Of a DNA stretch of 64,000 bases, positions 1-9,488 are shown piece by piece. The number at the start of each line of letters is the position of its first letter. Position 1 is the stretch's first letter. Both the position numbers and the translations under genes were made by a program. The DNA is from a virus, in the IMG/VR virus record IMGVR_UViG_3300004151_000008, positions 2,232 to 66,231 of that record. One strand, 5' to 3'. The notes under the pieces were generated by a model. The model saw nothing but the letters and a program-made list of their open reading frames with translations. It was not told the origin of the DNA and did not search any database.

Positions 1-102
1 TAGAGATGACGCGGACTATAAAAGATATATTTGGCCAATAGTAGGTATCAATGCTCGGCCTGAACTGCTTGACTTCGTTAACAATTACCCTGGAGCGCGG
101 AA

Positions 103-426
103 ATGACCCAACCGACGACAGAAGAGATTGCTAGATGGTTGAGGGAAGCGGCGGAGAGCATTAATTACTGGTCAAATGGAGAAGGTAACAGATTCAAGCA
201 ACGAGCTGCTCAGGTAGAGGCCATGGGGTGGCGACCTATAGAGGAAGCCCCTAAAGACGGAACGAAGGTTGATTTGTGGGATGATGAGTTGGAAGAGCGG
301 GTGATAGATTGCGTGTGGAAAGATGATAGATGGCAGTTTTATGCTTTTATAGGTAGGTGGGTAGACTTAGGACCTATGAAATGCTCGTATTTTGCATTAT
401 CCCCTCAACCCCCGGTGAAGAAATGA
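103..426 (+). CDS. Small phage protein, DUF551-like (W.PI..AP.DG motif)
   Basis: ORF contains GWRPIEEAPKDGTKVDLW; GGAG upstream. Confidence 0.65.
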   Translation: MTQPTTEEIARWLREAAESINYWSNGEGNRFKQRAAQVEAMGWRPIEEAPKDGTKVDLWDDELEERVIDCVWKDDRWQFYAFIGRWVDLGPMKCSYFALSPQPPVKK

Positions 427-569
427 ACCTCAGCCTAGTCTTGGAATATCTCTATAACCTGACAGACGAGGAGCGCAGGCTCGCGTTCAGTCACATTGAA
501 GAATTATTCTGTCTCGACTGCGGACGTGAGCAACGATTCTGTACTTGCGAAATGGATGATAGATGGTAA
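423..569 (+). CDS. Small hypothetical protein with CxxC...CxC
   Basis: ATG at 423 overlaps the previous stop (ATGA); ends FCLDCGREQRFCTCE. Confidence 0.55.
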   Translation: MNLSLVLEYLYNLTDEERRLAFSHIEELFCLDCGREQRFCTCEMDDRW

Positions 570-575
570 AATCTG

Positions 576-606
576 AGACACCCCTACCATAAAGGTAGGG
601 GTGTCT
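576..606. terminator. Perfect 13-bp hairpin (terminator or processing site)
   Basis: agacacccctacc-ataaa-ggtaggggtgtct, intergenic; no clear U-tract. Confidence 0.5.
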
Positions 607-630
607 ACTTAAATTGAGAGGAGAAATGAA

Positions 631-2145
631 ATGAAATACTATAGATTATCCCCAGATTTCCCTGAACATGGAGGCAGAGTTGTCTATTTAGGTTACTTTG
701 ATAGTGATCTTTATTTTTGCTTAAATGATGGTTACTTACCAAGTGATACAGACAAGAAATATTTAATTCCTATAGACCTTCAGACTCTCGAACGTGGTGA
801 TTGGCAGGCTGATCATGAGCCATTGCCTGTAACTATTCATGATGGTTTGTTGAATATGATACAAAAATGTTTTAGTAGATGTAATGCTGACTATTACCTC
901 GTCAATGAATACGAAGGAAATAACTATTATTTAATACCCAATGTAAATAACCTTGATATGACAGCGATCAATTTCTCTGCTGATAATGCTGGGAAGGTCT
1001 CTGGCTACAAGTTTAACAAATTAATGAGTAAGACTTGGGAGAATTTTACCGGGAGCGCTAAAGCCAGACATCCAACTCACAGCATAAGAAATTTTATAGA
1101 CGAGTTTTCGTCTGACCTTCAAACCCGAAGAAATGAAGGGACTTACATTAAGCCTGCGAAGTTAATTCGAGGTTTGTTTCCAGACCTGACCGAGTCTCAG
1201 GTTACGTGTATTGGCAGTGCCTTGGCAGATGCTTTGCGGTTGAGAGCAAACCCTGACACAAGCGGAATTGAAGTGTCTTACAAGCCTTCTGAAGTGTATA
1301 TTAAAAGCTCTTCGTTCTACTCCTGTATGAAAAATAAAAATCCATGTCGATTTCAAATCTATGACGATCTTGAATTCACGGGCATTGCATACTTAGTTGA
1401 AGATGGCATGCTGATTGGCCGTGCCCTGTTCCATGACAAGGTTTTTAATGGTTCTGAGGGAGCGACTGTTAAAGTTATGGATAGAGTTTACTATAACAAT
1501 TCTGATACTCTACAGACCTTCATAGCCTGGGCGCAGAAAAATGGTTATTGGTATAAAACTGAGCAAGCAGCTAGTCATAATGTATTCTGCGCTCCTGACA
1601 ATACTATTGTAGGTAAGCCAAACCTTTACATTGAGTGTGGTGATCTAACGGACAGAGGGTATGATGAAGTCCAGTACATTGACACTTTCTCGCACTATGA
1701 TATGGTAAAGGAAGTTCTTCATAATGACTGTGGTGACTTCAATATCTCAACTGCTTTTAGAGAAACTGGAGGATATGATGATGCAGAGTTAGTTGTCCAG
1801 GATAATAACAGGTCAACATGTTGCTGCTGTGGTGAACGTATGGACGAAGATGAAGCTAGGTGGTATGACGACAGTATTTATTGTGACGATTGTTTTAATG
1901 AGAGATTTTCTCAATGTTATCATTGCGGCGATACTACTGACAATGATTACTTAACACAGGTACACAGTAAATATGGTGATATAGAGATGGTCTGCGAACA
2001 CTGCCTTAACAATCATTATGTTTATTGCAGTGACTGTGAAGAGTACTATCACGAGTCAAAGTGTGAGTGTATAGATGATGAGTGGTACTGTGAAGACTGT
2101 GCAGAAAATCATGTTGAAGAAGAGGAGAATGAAGATGAAGATTGA
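631..2145 (+). CDS. Phage protein with C-terminal tandem CxxC zinc-ribbon repeats
   Basis: 504 aa ORF with GAGGAG RBS; C-terminal ~100 aa has ~7 CxxC units and an acidic tail. Confidence 0.8.
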   Translation: MKYYRLSPDFPEHGGRVVYLGYFDSDLYFCLNDGYLPSDTDKKYLIPIDLQTLERGDWQADHEPLPVTIHDGLLNMIQKCFSRCNADYYLVNEYEGNNYYLIPNVNNLDMTAINFSADNAGKVSGYKFNKLMSKTWENFTGSAKARHPTHSIRNFIDEFSSDLQTRRNEGTYIKPAKLIRGLFPDLTESQVTCIGSALADALRLRANPDTSGIEVSYKPSEVYIKSSSFYSCMKNKNPCRFQIYDDLEFTGIAYLVEDGMLIGRALFHDKVFNGSEGATVKVMDRVYYNNSDTLQTFIAWAQKNGYWYKTEQAASHNVFCAPDNTIVGKPNLYIECGDLTDRGYDEVQYIDTFSHYDMVKEVLHNDCGDFNISTAFRETGGYDDAELVVQDNNRSTCCCCGERMDEDEARWYDDSIYCDDCFNERFSQCYHCGDTTDNDYLTQVHSKYGDIEMVCEHCLNNHYVYCSDCEEYYHESKCECIDDEWYCEDCAENHVEEEENEDED

Positions 2146-2998
2146 AGACTTGTTGGTGTTGACTGAGCAGGAACTTTTCAGATATATTGAGACTCAACTA
2201 AAAAAGTTAGGAGTAAAATACATTACATGTGATGACTACATTGTAACTACTCAACATACTGCAAATACTCCACTGATCTGTATTCATACAGATACAGTTT
2301 CAAAAGTAGCCCCAAAGCATGAAGATCTTCTTGTTAGTGGTAATTTACTTGCCCTTAACCAGAACTCAAAAGCTGGTTGCCTTGGCGCTGATGATCGTGC
2401 AGGAGTTTGGATTGCGTTGAAAATGCTGGCTGATGGAACGGAAACAGAATTTGAGTATGCATTTTTTGCGAAGGAAGAAGTTGGCGCTTTAGGCAGCAGC
2501 GAGTTTGCAGCTATTGAAGATCTGACAAAGTATACCTGTTTCATTGGTCTTGACCGCGCCTCAAGAGGCAGTATTCAAAACGTAGCTACTTATGGGTATG
2601 ATAATGATACCTTAACTGGACTGTTCAAGTCATTTGGATTCAAAGAACAGAACGGGTCATTTAGTGACTGCTCCAATCTTGCCTCTTATGGTGAGGTTGC
2701 TTGTATTAATCTGAGCGTTGGCTATGACCATGAGCACTCAACAAAAGAGATTCTGAATATTGACTTGATGTTGCACACCTTGGATGTTATGAAGTCAATC
2801 GTAATCCCAGAAATAACCTATGATGCAACTGTAGTTGTGAGGGATTATGGAATAAATTGGAGATATACAAGCGGATTTGTGACTGAGTGTGAAGAAGCCT
2901 CCCCAGTAATTTGCGACTATTGTGGTGAGTTTTTACCTCTTTATGACTACCAAGGTAGTCTTGTTTGCAGAGAGTGTTTAGAGTTGGTGAGAGTCTAA
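2135..2998 (+). CDS. M28/M20-clan zinc peptidase-like protein
   Basis: Motifs HTDTV, GADDRAG, EEVG, DR, NLSVGY..EH; start moved to ATG 2135 (GAGGAG 7 nt upstream). Confidence 0.8.
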   Translation: MKIEDLLVLTEQELFRYIETQLKKLGVKYITCDDYIVTTQHTANTPLICIHTDTVSKVAPKHEDLLVSGNLLALNQNSKAGCLGADDRAGVWIALKMLADGTETEFEYAFFAKEEVGALGSSEFAAIEDLTKYTCFIGLDRASRGSIQNVATYGYDNDTLTGLFKSFGFKEQNGSFSDCSNLASYGEVACINLSVGYDHEHSTKEILNIDLMLHTLDVMKSIVIPEITYDATVVVRDYGINWRYTSGFVTECEEASPVICDYCGEFLPLYDYQGSLVCRECLELVRV

Positions 2999-2999
2999 A

Positions 3000-3015
3000 T
3001 TCGGAACTTTCCGAA
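3000..3015. promoter_or_regulatory. Palindromic element TTCGGAA-CT-TTCCGAA, copy 1
   Basis: Identical 16-bp core at 3000, 3855 and 10449, each ~20 nt upstream of a start codon. Confidence 0.7.
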
Positions 3016-3034
3016 AACTAAAAGGGGAAATGAA

Positions 3035-3460
3035 ATGTACTTAGATACCAGAGACTTACAAGAACAAATTGACAATTTGGAATCAGAAATTGAAGACCTT
3101 AATGAGGAATTGGAGGAGCTTGAAAAAGATATAGCCTCGTGTGGATCTGACTTTGAACTACTCACTGTTCAAGACCAGATTGAAAAAGGCAAAGAACAAC
3201 TACAAGACCTACGCGATGAACTTCAACCCCTCCTTGACCTGAAATCAGAAGGTATCCCAGACTGGGACTACGGCGCTACTCTTATTTCAGCAGATAACTG
3301 GGAAGATTATGTTGAAGATTTGGTGAAAGATTGTGGTTACATACCAAATGATGTGCCTTGGTGGATTGTCATTGACTGGGCCGCAACCGCAGACAACGTC
3401 GCTGCTGATTACTCGACCGTTGATTATGACGGGGATACTTATTATTATAGTAATTGCTAA
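3035..3460 (+). CDS. Highly acidic protein, possible ArdA/Ocr-like DNA-mimic antirestriction protein
   Basis: D/E-rich; C-terminal WEDYVEDLVKDCGYIP...IDWAATAD..ADY pattern recalls ArdA-like C-termini. Confidence 0.5.
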   Translation: MYLDTRDLQEQIDNLESEIEDLNEELEELEKDIASCGSDFELLTVQDQIEKGKEQLQDLRDELQPLLDLKSEGIPDWDYGATLISADNWEDYVEDLVKDCGYIPNDVPWWIVIDWAATADNVAADYSTVDYDGDTYYYSNC

Positions 3461-3474
3461 ACAGGGAGAATAAC

Positions 3475-3882
3475 ATGCAACAAATCAATGGTATGCCAAT
3501 AAACGAAGCCTATAGATATTACCCTGAGATGGTAACTACCCAGGACATACAGGACAACCTGGACAGGTTAGAGGCCATTGAAGGTGTCCTCATCAATAAC
3601 ACGGGACTCTGGTCAGATATGACTCCAGAATCCCTTGAAGATGAGCTTGTCCGTATGGACAGATGGCAACAACAGTTCCCTGGATACACTCCAGAAGAGC
3701 TTGATGAAGAGTTTGAAAAGCAAGGAAGGTTTATTGCTGATTTGAAGTGTAAGTTCGAGGATGCTTTTGGATGTATAGCTACCGATGATCCTGATAAGAT
3801 ACTTGACTTTGTCTTTAACATGATTGATGAGTTTGTTGAGTTAAAGTCCCAAATTTCGGAACTTTCCGAAAAATACAAATAG
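3475..3882 (+). CDS. Acidic hypothetical protein
   Basis: GGGAG RBS before ATG 3475. Confidence 0.65.
   Translation: MQQINGMPINEAYRYYPEMVTTQDIQDNLDRLEAIEGVLINNTGLWSDMTPESLEDELVRMDRWQQQFPGYTPEELDEEFEKQGRFIADLKCKFEDAFGCIATDDPDKILDFVFNMIDEFVELKSQISELSEKYK
3854..3871. promoter_or_regulatory. Palindromic element TTTCGGAA-CT-TTCCGAAA, copy 2
   Basis: 8-bp arms; lies in the 3' end of the preceding ORF, upstream of the RBS of ORF 3893. Confidence 0.7.
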
Positions 3883-3892
3883 GAGAACTAAA

Positions 3893-4141
3893 ATGAAGGC
3901 AGAACAATTCCATGTCAAAAACCAATTCCTTATCAATACCGATGAAGGAGTTTATTTCCAGTCCTATAACACAATCATTGCCTTTATAGATAACAAAGGT
4001 AAGATCACTCTCGACAAAAATAAGTGGGACTATTCCGTAACCACAAGCAAGTACAGAAACAAGTTCACAGGGCTGACAACCCAGGAGACGAAGAAGATGA
4101 TTGAGTCTGGTGAGATACAATTGGTGGGTCTCAATGCCTAA
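3893..4141 (+). CDS. Conserved-type phage hypothetical protein (FQSY.T.IA...YS.TTSK)
   Basis: AGGAG RBS; motif recalled from phage early regions. Confidence 0.7.
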   Translation: MKAEQFHVKNQFLINTDEGVYFQSYNTIIAFIDNKGKITLDKNKWDYSVTTSKYRNKFTGLTTQETKKMIESGEIQLVGLNA

Positions 4142-4340
4142 ATACAACGGCTGGACAAACTCAGCAACGTGGTGTATTTACATGGAAATTACGAACAATC
4201 AAACACTCTATCGCCTTGTCATGGCCCATAAGGGAAAGATGACCGTTGATGATTTAAAAGACATTACCTCACACATTCAGGTTGAATCGTGGTGTGAAGG
4301 TGAGATTAACTATGCAGAATTACTGGAGGAATTACAATGA
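4134..4340 (+). CDS. Phage hypothetical protein (YNGW.N..TW motif)
   Basis: ATG 4134 overlaps the previous stop; MPKYNGWTNSATW. Confidence 0.65.
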   Translation: MPKYNGWTNSATWCIYMEITNNQTLYRLVMAHKGKMTVDDLKDITSHIQVESWCEGEINYAELLEELQ

Positions 4341-5140
4341 AATTAGAGGTTGGTAAGAAGTATAGAACTGTGAGTGGGCGGGTTGTTACTGCCAAACGTA
4401 AACCCACAGATTCAGACTATCCTTTCATAATGGATGACCATGGGTTTGAGCGATTTTATACCACAGACGGTTTCTACCTCAGATCAAAAGCACATTCAGG
4501 TTTTAACATTATCGAAGAAATCCAGGAGACGAAAATGAAATTAGAAGTTGGTAAGAAGTACAGAACTGTGGATGGAACGATTATGACTGTTGTGACCTGC
4601 GACGACCATACAATTTACCCTTTCATAGCTAAAGACAACGTAGATGGTAGTCATCTGTATACTGAAGATGGTTTCTATTTAAAAACAAAGGAGCATTCAG
4701 GGTTTAACATCATCGAAGAAATTAAGGAGAATACAATGTTTAACAAAGAACACAAGTACTTGTGTATGGATGCAGATGGGTATCAGAAAGCAGCTTTCAA
4801 TAGACCAACCATCAACACTGATATGCGTTGCTGGTTGGATTATGAAGACATTCTGCAGGTTGGACTATTCAACCTCGGCGACGATTGGAAAGAGAGCTTG
4901 CGTGAGATCGTGTACAATGACGACGGCTCGATCTATCTCCGCAAACCAAGACATGAATTTAAGGTTGACGATAAGGTTTTGGTGAGGAACGTAGGAGATA
5001 GTAGCTGGACAAGGAGACATTTTTGTTGCTACTCTCAAGAGGATTACATTGAGTGTTACCAAGGAGGTAAAACTTCATTTACTGTTAATGATACAGTAAT
5101 TTGGGACGAGATCAAGCCTTACATTGAGGAGGAGGCATAA
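4337..5140 (+). CDS. Hypothetical protein with two ~66-aa tandem repeats plus a C-terminal domain; internal in-frame starts
   Basis: MKLEVGKKYRTV...HSGFNIIEEI occurs twice; AGGAG + ATG at 4535 and 4736. Confidence 0.8.
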   Translation: MKLEVGKKYRTVSGRVVTAKRKPTDSDYPFIMDDHGFERFYTTDGFYLRSKAHSGFNIIEEIQETKMKLEVGKKYRTVDGTIMTVVTCDDHTIYPFIAKDNVDGSHLYTEDGFYLKTKEHSGFNIIEEIKENTMFNKEHKYLCMDADGYQKAAFNRPTINTDMRCWLDYEDILQVGLFNLGDDWKESLREIVYNDDGSIYLRKPRHEFKVDDKVLVRNVGDSSWTRRHFCCYSQEDYIECYQGGKTSFTVNDTVIWDEIKPYIEEEA

Positions 5141-5143
5141 GAA

Positions 5144-5341
5144 ATGCCTGGAAAAGGAGCAAAAGAACGCAGAAAACTACGAGGTCAACAACGAATACTC
5201 GATGTAAAAGAACGAGAGAAGACTTACCTAGAAGCAGGGGGTGAGAAGAACTGCAAAACTTGCTACTGTTATTCAAGATGCCCTGTATATGGGGATGAAG
5301 TAATGCCATGTTGGTGCTATGGAGGGGTGTTAGCAAAATGA
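5144..5341 (+). CDS. Small basic, Cys-rich hypothetical protein
   Basis: GGAGG RBS; CxxC.C...C motif. Confidence 0.55.
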   Translation: MPGKGAKERRKLRGQQRILDVKEREKTYLEAGGEKNCKTCYCYSRCPVYGDEVMPCWCYGGVLAK

Positions 5342-5787
5342 AAACACATAAAAGTTTTAAAACTGCCTTCAGCAACTTTGTAACCAAACCAGCTATCTAC
5401 TGTTGTGTATGCGAAAGAGAAACTGAGTGTGAAATAGTCTATGGTAATGTTGTTTACCCTCACAGAAAAGATCTGCATAAAATGCAATTTTGGAGATGCT
5501 CTACTTGTGGGGGGTTCGTAGGCTGTCATCATAGGTCTTCTACACCAACTAAACCTTTGGGTTGCATACCCACAAAAGAGATAAAAGAAATAAGAATACA
5601 AATTCACTCTTCTCTGGATCACTTATGGCGAAACTGTGGTTGGAGTAGGTCAAAGTTATACAGTAAAATCTCAGCTTTTGTTGGGCATGAGTTTCATACT
5701 GCGGAGATCAGGTCTGTGGATGAGGGGAATAAAGTATTAGGTTACGTTAACTCTTTAACTTCGTCCCTCCCACAACTTTTACCTTGA
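5338..5787 (+). CDS. DUF3268-like zinc-finger protein
   Basis: C.VC...CSTCGGFVGCH...PLG...R.QIH..LD.LW pattern; start at ATG 5338. Confidence 0.7.
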   Translation: MKTHKSFKTAFSNFVTKPAIYCCVCERETECEIVYGNVVYPHRKDLHKMQFWRCSTCGGFVGCHHRSSTPTKPLGCIPTKEIKEIRIQIHSSLDHLWRNCGWSRSKLYSKISAFVGHEFHTAEIRSVDEGNKVLGYVNSLTSSLPQLLP

Positions 5788-5812
5788 CCCCAAACAATAA
5801 ACCGAGTACTGT
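5784..5812 (+). promoter_or_regulatory. Sigma70-like promoter
   Basis: TTGACC-17 nt-TACTGT upstream of the HTH and primase genes. Confidence 0.5.
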
Positions 5813-5844
5813 TGCTGCTCAACTCAAAATCAAGGAGTCAGCCA

Positions 5845-6027
5845 ATGAGTCTGGGCGAACGCTTATTGAAGTATAAGAAGGAATCAAGAACAACATACCG
5901 CGAACTGGCGGCAGAGCTGGATGAAGGATTTGAATTAGTTTATAACTTTTGCAATGACCGACTCATTCGTATGCTGCCAGACACTGCCATAAAAATAGAC
6001 ACTTACCTTAAACAGAAAGGATATTGA
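5845..6027 (+). CDS. Small Cro/XRE-like HTH protein
   Basis: MSLGERLLKYKKESRTTYRELAAEL..; AAGGAG RBS. Confidence 0.7.
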   Translation: MSLGERLLKYKKESRTTYRELAAELDEGFELVYNFCNDRLIRMLPDTAIKIDTYLKQKGY

Positions 6028-6028
6028 T

Positions 6029-8863
6029 ATGTCCTTCGTATCGGTTATAAGCGATAATGTAAGCTCACTCACAAAACATTTTTCATTTGACAGCGCAGGG
6101 AAGTTAGTGAAGACTTCGCCTGGGCATTTGGTTTCAGGTTCAATTGAGACTCATAGCGTAGACTCAGAAGGTTTGGTGATCCTAATAAAATCTCTCAAGC
6201 AATCTCAATGCTTATGTCTTGGGATGCTGGAGGATTTTAGCAAACCCTCTGAGTTGAAATGTAATGCAATGTCGCAAGACATTTTCCCTACAAGGACAAA
6301 GAAATTCCTTGACTTTCGTGGTGAACCTACTTGGGCTTTGTTTGACTTTGATAACTCAGGCTTTAACCCGGACCAAGCTATTGATTTTCTGTCAGAAATT
6401 GATCCCCAAATAAAAACCGCTTCATTAGTGGTGTCGCCTTCGTCGTCGTCTTATCTGTACAATCCTGATGGTTCTGTCATTGTTGGTGAAGGTAACTTCC
6501 ACATCTTCGTGGAATGCGACGGTAACAGCGTTGCATACATGAACACAATGTTTGACAGGTTGTTGCTCGCTGGTCATGGTTATCCATTTGTAACCAGCGC
6601 AGGTACAATCACTATTAAAACGAAGATTGACAAGGCGGTAAACTCGTGGGAGCGAGAAGTCTATTGTTCCTCCCCTGTACTTGAAGATGGTATCACGTCA
6701 ACCCGCTTAGACAACCTTCAGTATCAGGCAGGACCAAGAGTTGTAGTTGACGACTTAACGAAGCTCTCTAAAGAAGACGAGATGCAGCTTCGTCAAATCT
6801 TTATTGATCTTCGTCAGTCTGCTTATGAAGAGGCTGCCGAGAAGAGAGCACTTTATAACGAGAAGAGAGCAAAGAAAAGAGCAAAAGTTAATGGCACTTC
6901 AAAGCTGTATGAGTTGGCTGCAATTAATGACCAAGTAACACGATATACTAAGAATGGGACTCCAATTGTTGAGCTGCTGTCTGATGAAGTTATCAAGGAC
7001 AATGATGGAAATGACTTCTTTGTCCGTGATTTATTGATTGACCCGGTAGAGGAACCTTTAAAATTACCAGATGTTGAAGACCCTTATGTCAGAGGGTCTA
7101 AAGAACGTGATATTGTGGGCCGAGGTGTTGCTACAGCTTTACCAGGATTCAAGATATACACCCACCGTCACGCTGGGATTATGTACCTGTTGCGTTGGTC
7201 CCCTAACGACCTCATTGCAACCCTTCAATCGGATGCAGTCTCAGTCAATGCAAAGAAACTTATCTATAGACTCATTAGTACAAATCAGCAGGAAATTGCA
7301 AGTACTGCTACTGACTCTGATCTTGGCGAGATTGCAGATGCTTTTAAGAAAGCTCTTGCCAATGTAACTGGATCAGGAGTAGGCACAGAAAAGGCTGCGA
7401 TCAAGAAGAAGTTACAAGCAGCTAAAGAACCAGAGTCGACTGAAGACGAGCTTGAGTTGGGATTGAACAGTCGGTATGGTGTGGCGATGCTGTCAGGAAA
7501 GACAGTGGTGCTATGCGAAGAGTGGCTACCATCAATCAACAGTTTCGAGACGGTGATTTCAAAACCTGTCGAGCATGAACAATTCTTTCGCAACAAACAA
7601 ATCAAAGTCCCAAACCAGAATGTGTACAAATCAGCGTTCTCGGTGTGGATGGACTCATCCTCCAGGAACACCTATGAGAGCGTCTATTTTGAACCGAACC
7701 GGGATTTGATACGGAAGCCTGGACAGACTCGAATAATCCAACAGGGAGGCGTATACAACCTCTGGAGTGGCTATGTAGCAGACTTGAGCAAAGCCAAGCA
7801 TCCGACGCTGATTCTGGAGCATTTGAAAGATGTGTGGTGCAGTGGCATTGAGGAAGAATGGAACTACCTTCAAGGTTGGTTAGGAACTCTGTTTCAAAAA
7901 CCAGCTTCGCTCAACGGTACATCCCTTGTCCTGCAATCAACTCCAGGTGCAGGCAAGAACATTATTATCGACAATTGCATTGTCCCTGCATTCGGCATTC
8001 ACGGGATGTCAACCACAAGACGTGATGACATCGTTGGTAGGTTCAACAAGCAGCTCTCGTTGAATGTGTTTCTGTTCGCGAACGAGGCTACGTTTGCTGG
8101 CGTGCATGAGGACAAGCAAACGATCAAGACGTTGATTACTGACCCTTACAGGACAGTGGAGATGAAGGGGCTTGACTCGTTCAAGTCAAGAAACTACACA
8201 AATGTAATCTTTGGCTCGAACGATGGTTGGGTAATTAACTTGGACGCTGGCGACAGACGGTTCTGTTATCTGAGTGTTAATGACAGCAAAGCTAAGGATT
8301 CAAAATACTTCAAGGCACTTATGGAAGAGATAGAAAATGGTGGCAAAGAGGGATTTTTAGATTACTTTCTCAACCTCCCGATCTTTACTTTTGACGCGAG
8401 CGACATTCCGCAGGGCAACATAACTCAGCGAATCTCTGACCTTATTCGTTCCTCACACCCAACAACAAGGTTCTTTCTCATTCTCCTTGACACTGAAGGG
8501 TCGCTTGAGATATTCTTTGATGTAGAGAAGGTCAAGACTTTGGCTGAGTGGTGGGGTGGAACCGGTCCTATGGAGATTTCAAGGGAGGGATTCTATAGAT
8601 TCTACAACAGATACGCAGAGTACTACAACCTGAACCGTGGCTATGACGACATCATAACCATGCAGCGGGAGATGGAAACATCAGGCTACCTCGCCCCTAC
8701 CAACTGCTCAGACCCTAGCAAATACCCTATTGTACGTAAGATGCAAAGAGGTATTCCTATGTGGGAGTTTAAGCAGATTGATGTGTGCAGAGAGCTTGCA
8801 TTCAAAGGGTTGTATGTTAAAAAGAAACCAAAAGTTGAGGAGAGTGAATGTGAATTTTTCTGA
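6029..8863 (+). CDS. Primase-helicase (N-terminal prim-pol-like region, C-terminal D5/SF3-like NTPase)
   Basis: 944 aa; Walker A LQSTPGAGKN, ANEATF, KT.IT....VE.KG, SN..W...DRRF. Confidence 0.85.
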   Translation: MSFVSVISDNVSSLTKHFSFDSAGKLVKTSPGHLVSGSIETHSVDSEGLVILIKSLKQSQCLCLGMLEDFSKPSELKCNAMSQDIFPTRTKKFLDFRGEPTWALFDFDNSGFNPDQAIDFLSEIDPQIKTASLVVSPSSSSYLYNPDGSVIVGEGNFHIFVECDGNSVAYMNTMFDRLLLAGHGYPFVTSAGTITIKTKIDKAVNSWEREVYCSSPVLEDGITSTRLDNLQYQAGPRVVVDDLTKLSKEDEMQLRQIFIDLRQSAYEEAAEKRALYNEKRAKKRAKVNGTSKLYELAAINDQVTRYTKNGTPIVELLSDEVIKDNDGNDFFVRDLLIDPVEEPLKLPDVEDPYVRGSKERDIVGRGVATALPGFKIYTHRHAGIMYLLRWSPNDLIATLQSDAVSVNAKKLIYRLISTNQQEIASTATDSDLGEIADAFKKALANVTGSGVGTEKAAIKKKLQAAKEPESTEDELELGLNSRYGVAMLSGKTVVLCEEWLPSINSFETVISKPVEHEQFFRNKQIKVPNQNVYKSAFSVWMDSSSRNTYESVYFEPNRDLIRKPGQTRIIQQGGVYNLWSGYVADLSKAKHPTLILEHLKDVWCSGIEEEWNYLQGWLGTLFQKPASLNGTSLVLQSTPGAGKNIIIDNCIVPAFGIHGMSTTRRDDIVGRFNKQLSLNVFLFANEATFAGVHEDKQTIKTLITDPYRTVEMKGLDSFKSRNYTNVIFGSNDGWVINLDAGDRRFCYLSVNDSKAKDSKYFKALMEEIENGGKEGFLDYFLNLPIFTFDASDIPQGNITQRISDLIRSSHPTTRFFLILLDTEGSLEIFFDVEKVKTLAEWWGGTGPMEISREGFYRFYNRYAEYYNLNRGYDDIITMQREMETSGYLAPTNCSDPSKYPIVRKMQRGIPMWEFKQIDVCRELAFKGLYVKKKPKVEESECEFF

Positions 8864-9023
8864 TGAAGTGATAATGGTTCTAATCCAAGGCAACGACTAC
8901 AAAAGATTCGTGGGCAACAAACTTACCAATCACATTGAGGTTGACAAACCTCTGACAAAGCAACAAGTTGAGGACTTTAGGCTGGACCCAATCAATTTCA
9001 TTGACAATTATGAGGAGAAATAA
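8850..9023 (+). CDS. Small hypothetical protein
   Basis: GAGGAG 7 nt upstream of GTG 8850. Confidence 0.45.
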   Translation: MNFSDEVIMVLIQGNDYKRFVGNKLTNHIEVDKPLTKQQVEDFRLDPINFIDNYEEK

Positions 9024-9254
9024 ATGAATTTTTCTGATTACGAAACCAAATTACCATACCCAAGTAAAGCGGATTTTACAACAACCTATTACTACGAGCA
9101 CGGTCAGTGTGTGTTTCAAGTCGGACCTGGAGAAGAAGTACCTGAGAACCTTCACGGATTTGTTCGTGAGCAGGCCCTTGACAAGGATGCCTATTTCGCA
9201 AAGGTAGAGGCTCATAGAGCTGAGGGCAGAAGGTTAAGTGACTCTCTCAGCTAA
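9024..9254 (+). CDS. Hypothetical protein, possibly C-terminally truncated
   Basis: GAGGAG RBS; ends where the structured non-coding region begins. Confidence 0.6.
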   Translation: MNFSDYETKLPYPSKADFTTTYYYEHGQCVFQVGPGEEVPENLHGFVREQALDKDAYFAKVEAHRAEGRRLSDSLS

Positions 9255-9440
9255 ATCAAGGACTTAGTTGAGTTCCCGCTTCTACGAGTGACCTTACTGC
9301 GTCTGCTCTCTGCGGGCGTAGATTTGGACAGAGTCTGCCCTATTAAATTTTGATCAGAGAAAGCGAAGTGTTTGATATTTCTGGCTGCCAGATTATCCCT
9401 ATCGTGCTTCACAAGAGATATCAAGAGCATTAAATAATAT
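9241..9440. ncRNA. Candidate structured non-coding RNA or intron-like region upstream of GIY-YIG
   Basis: Hairpins ctcagctaa/ttagttgag (9246-9272) and tctgg/ccaga within gata/tatc; cross-pairing tctacg/cgtaga and cccgc/gcggg; identity unknown. Confidence 0.35.
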
Positions 9441-9452
9441 GCTGGTAATATC

Positions 9453-9481
9453 TTGCTATAAATGTGGTAATATGTTACTGT
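9453..9481 (+). promoter_or_regulatory. Sigma70-like promoter for GIY-YIG (probably leaderless mRNA)
   Basis: TTGCTA-17-TACTGT; ATG 9489 is 7 nt past the -10 and has no Shine-Dalgarno. Confidence 0.5.
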
Positions 9482-9488
9482 GATTTCT

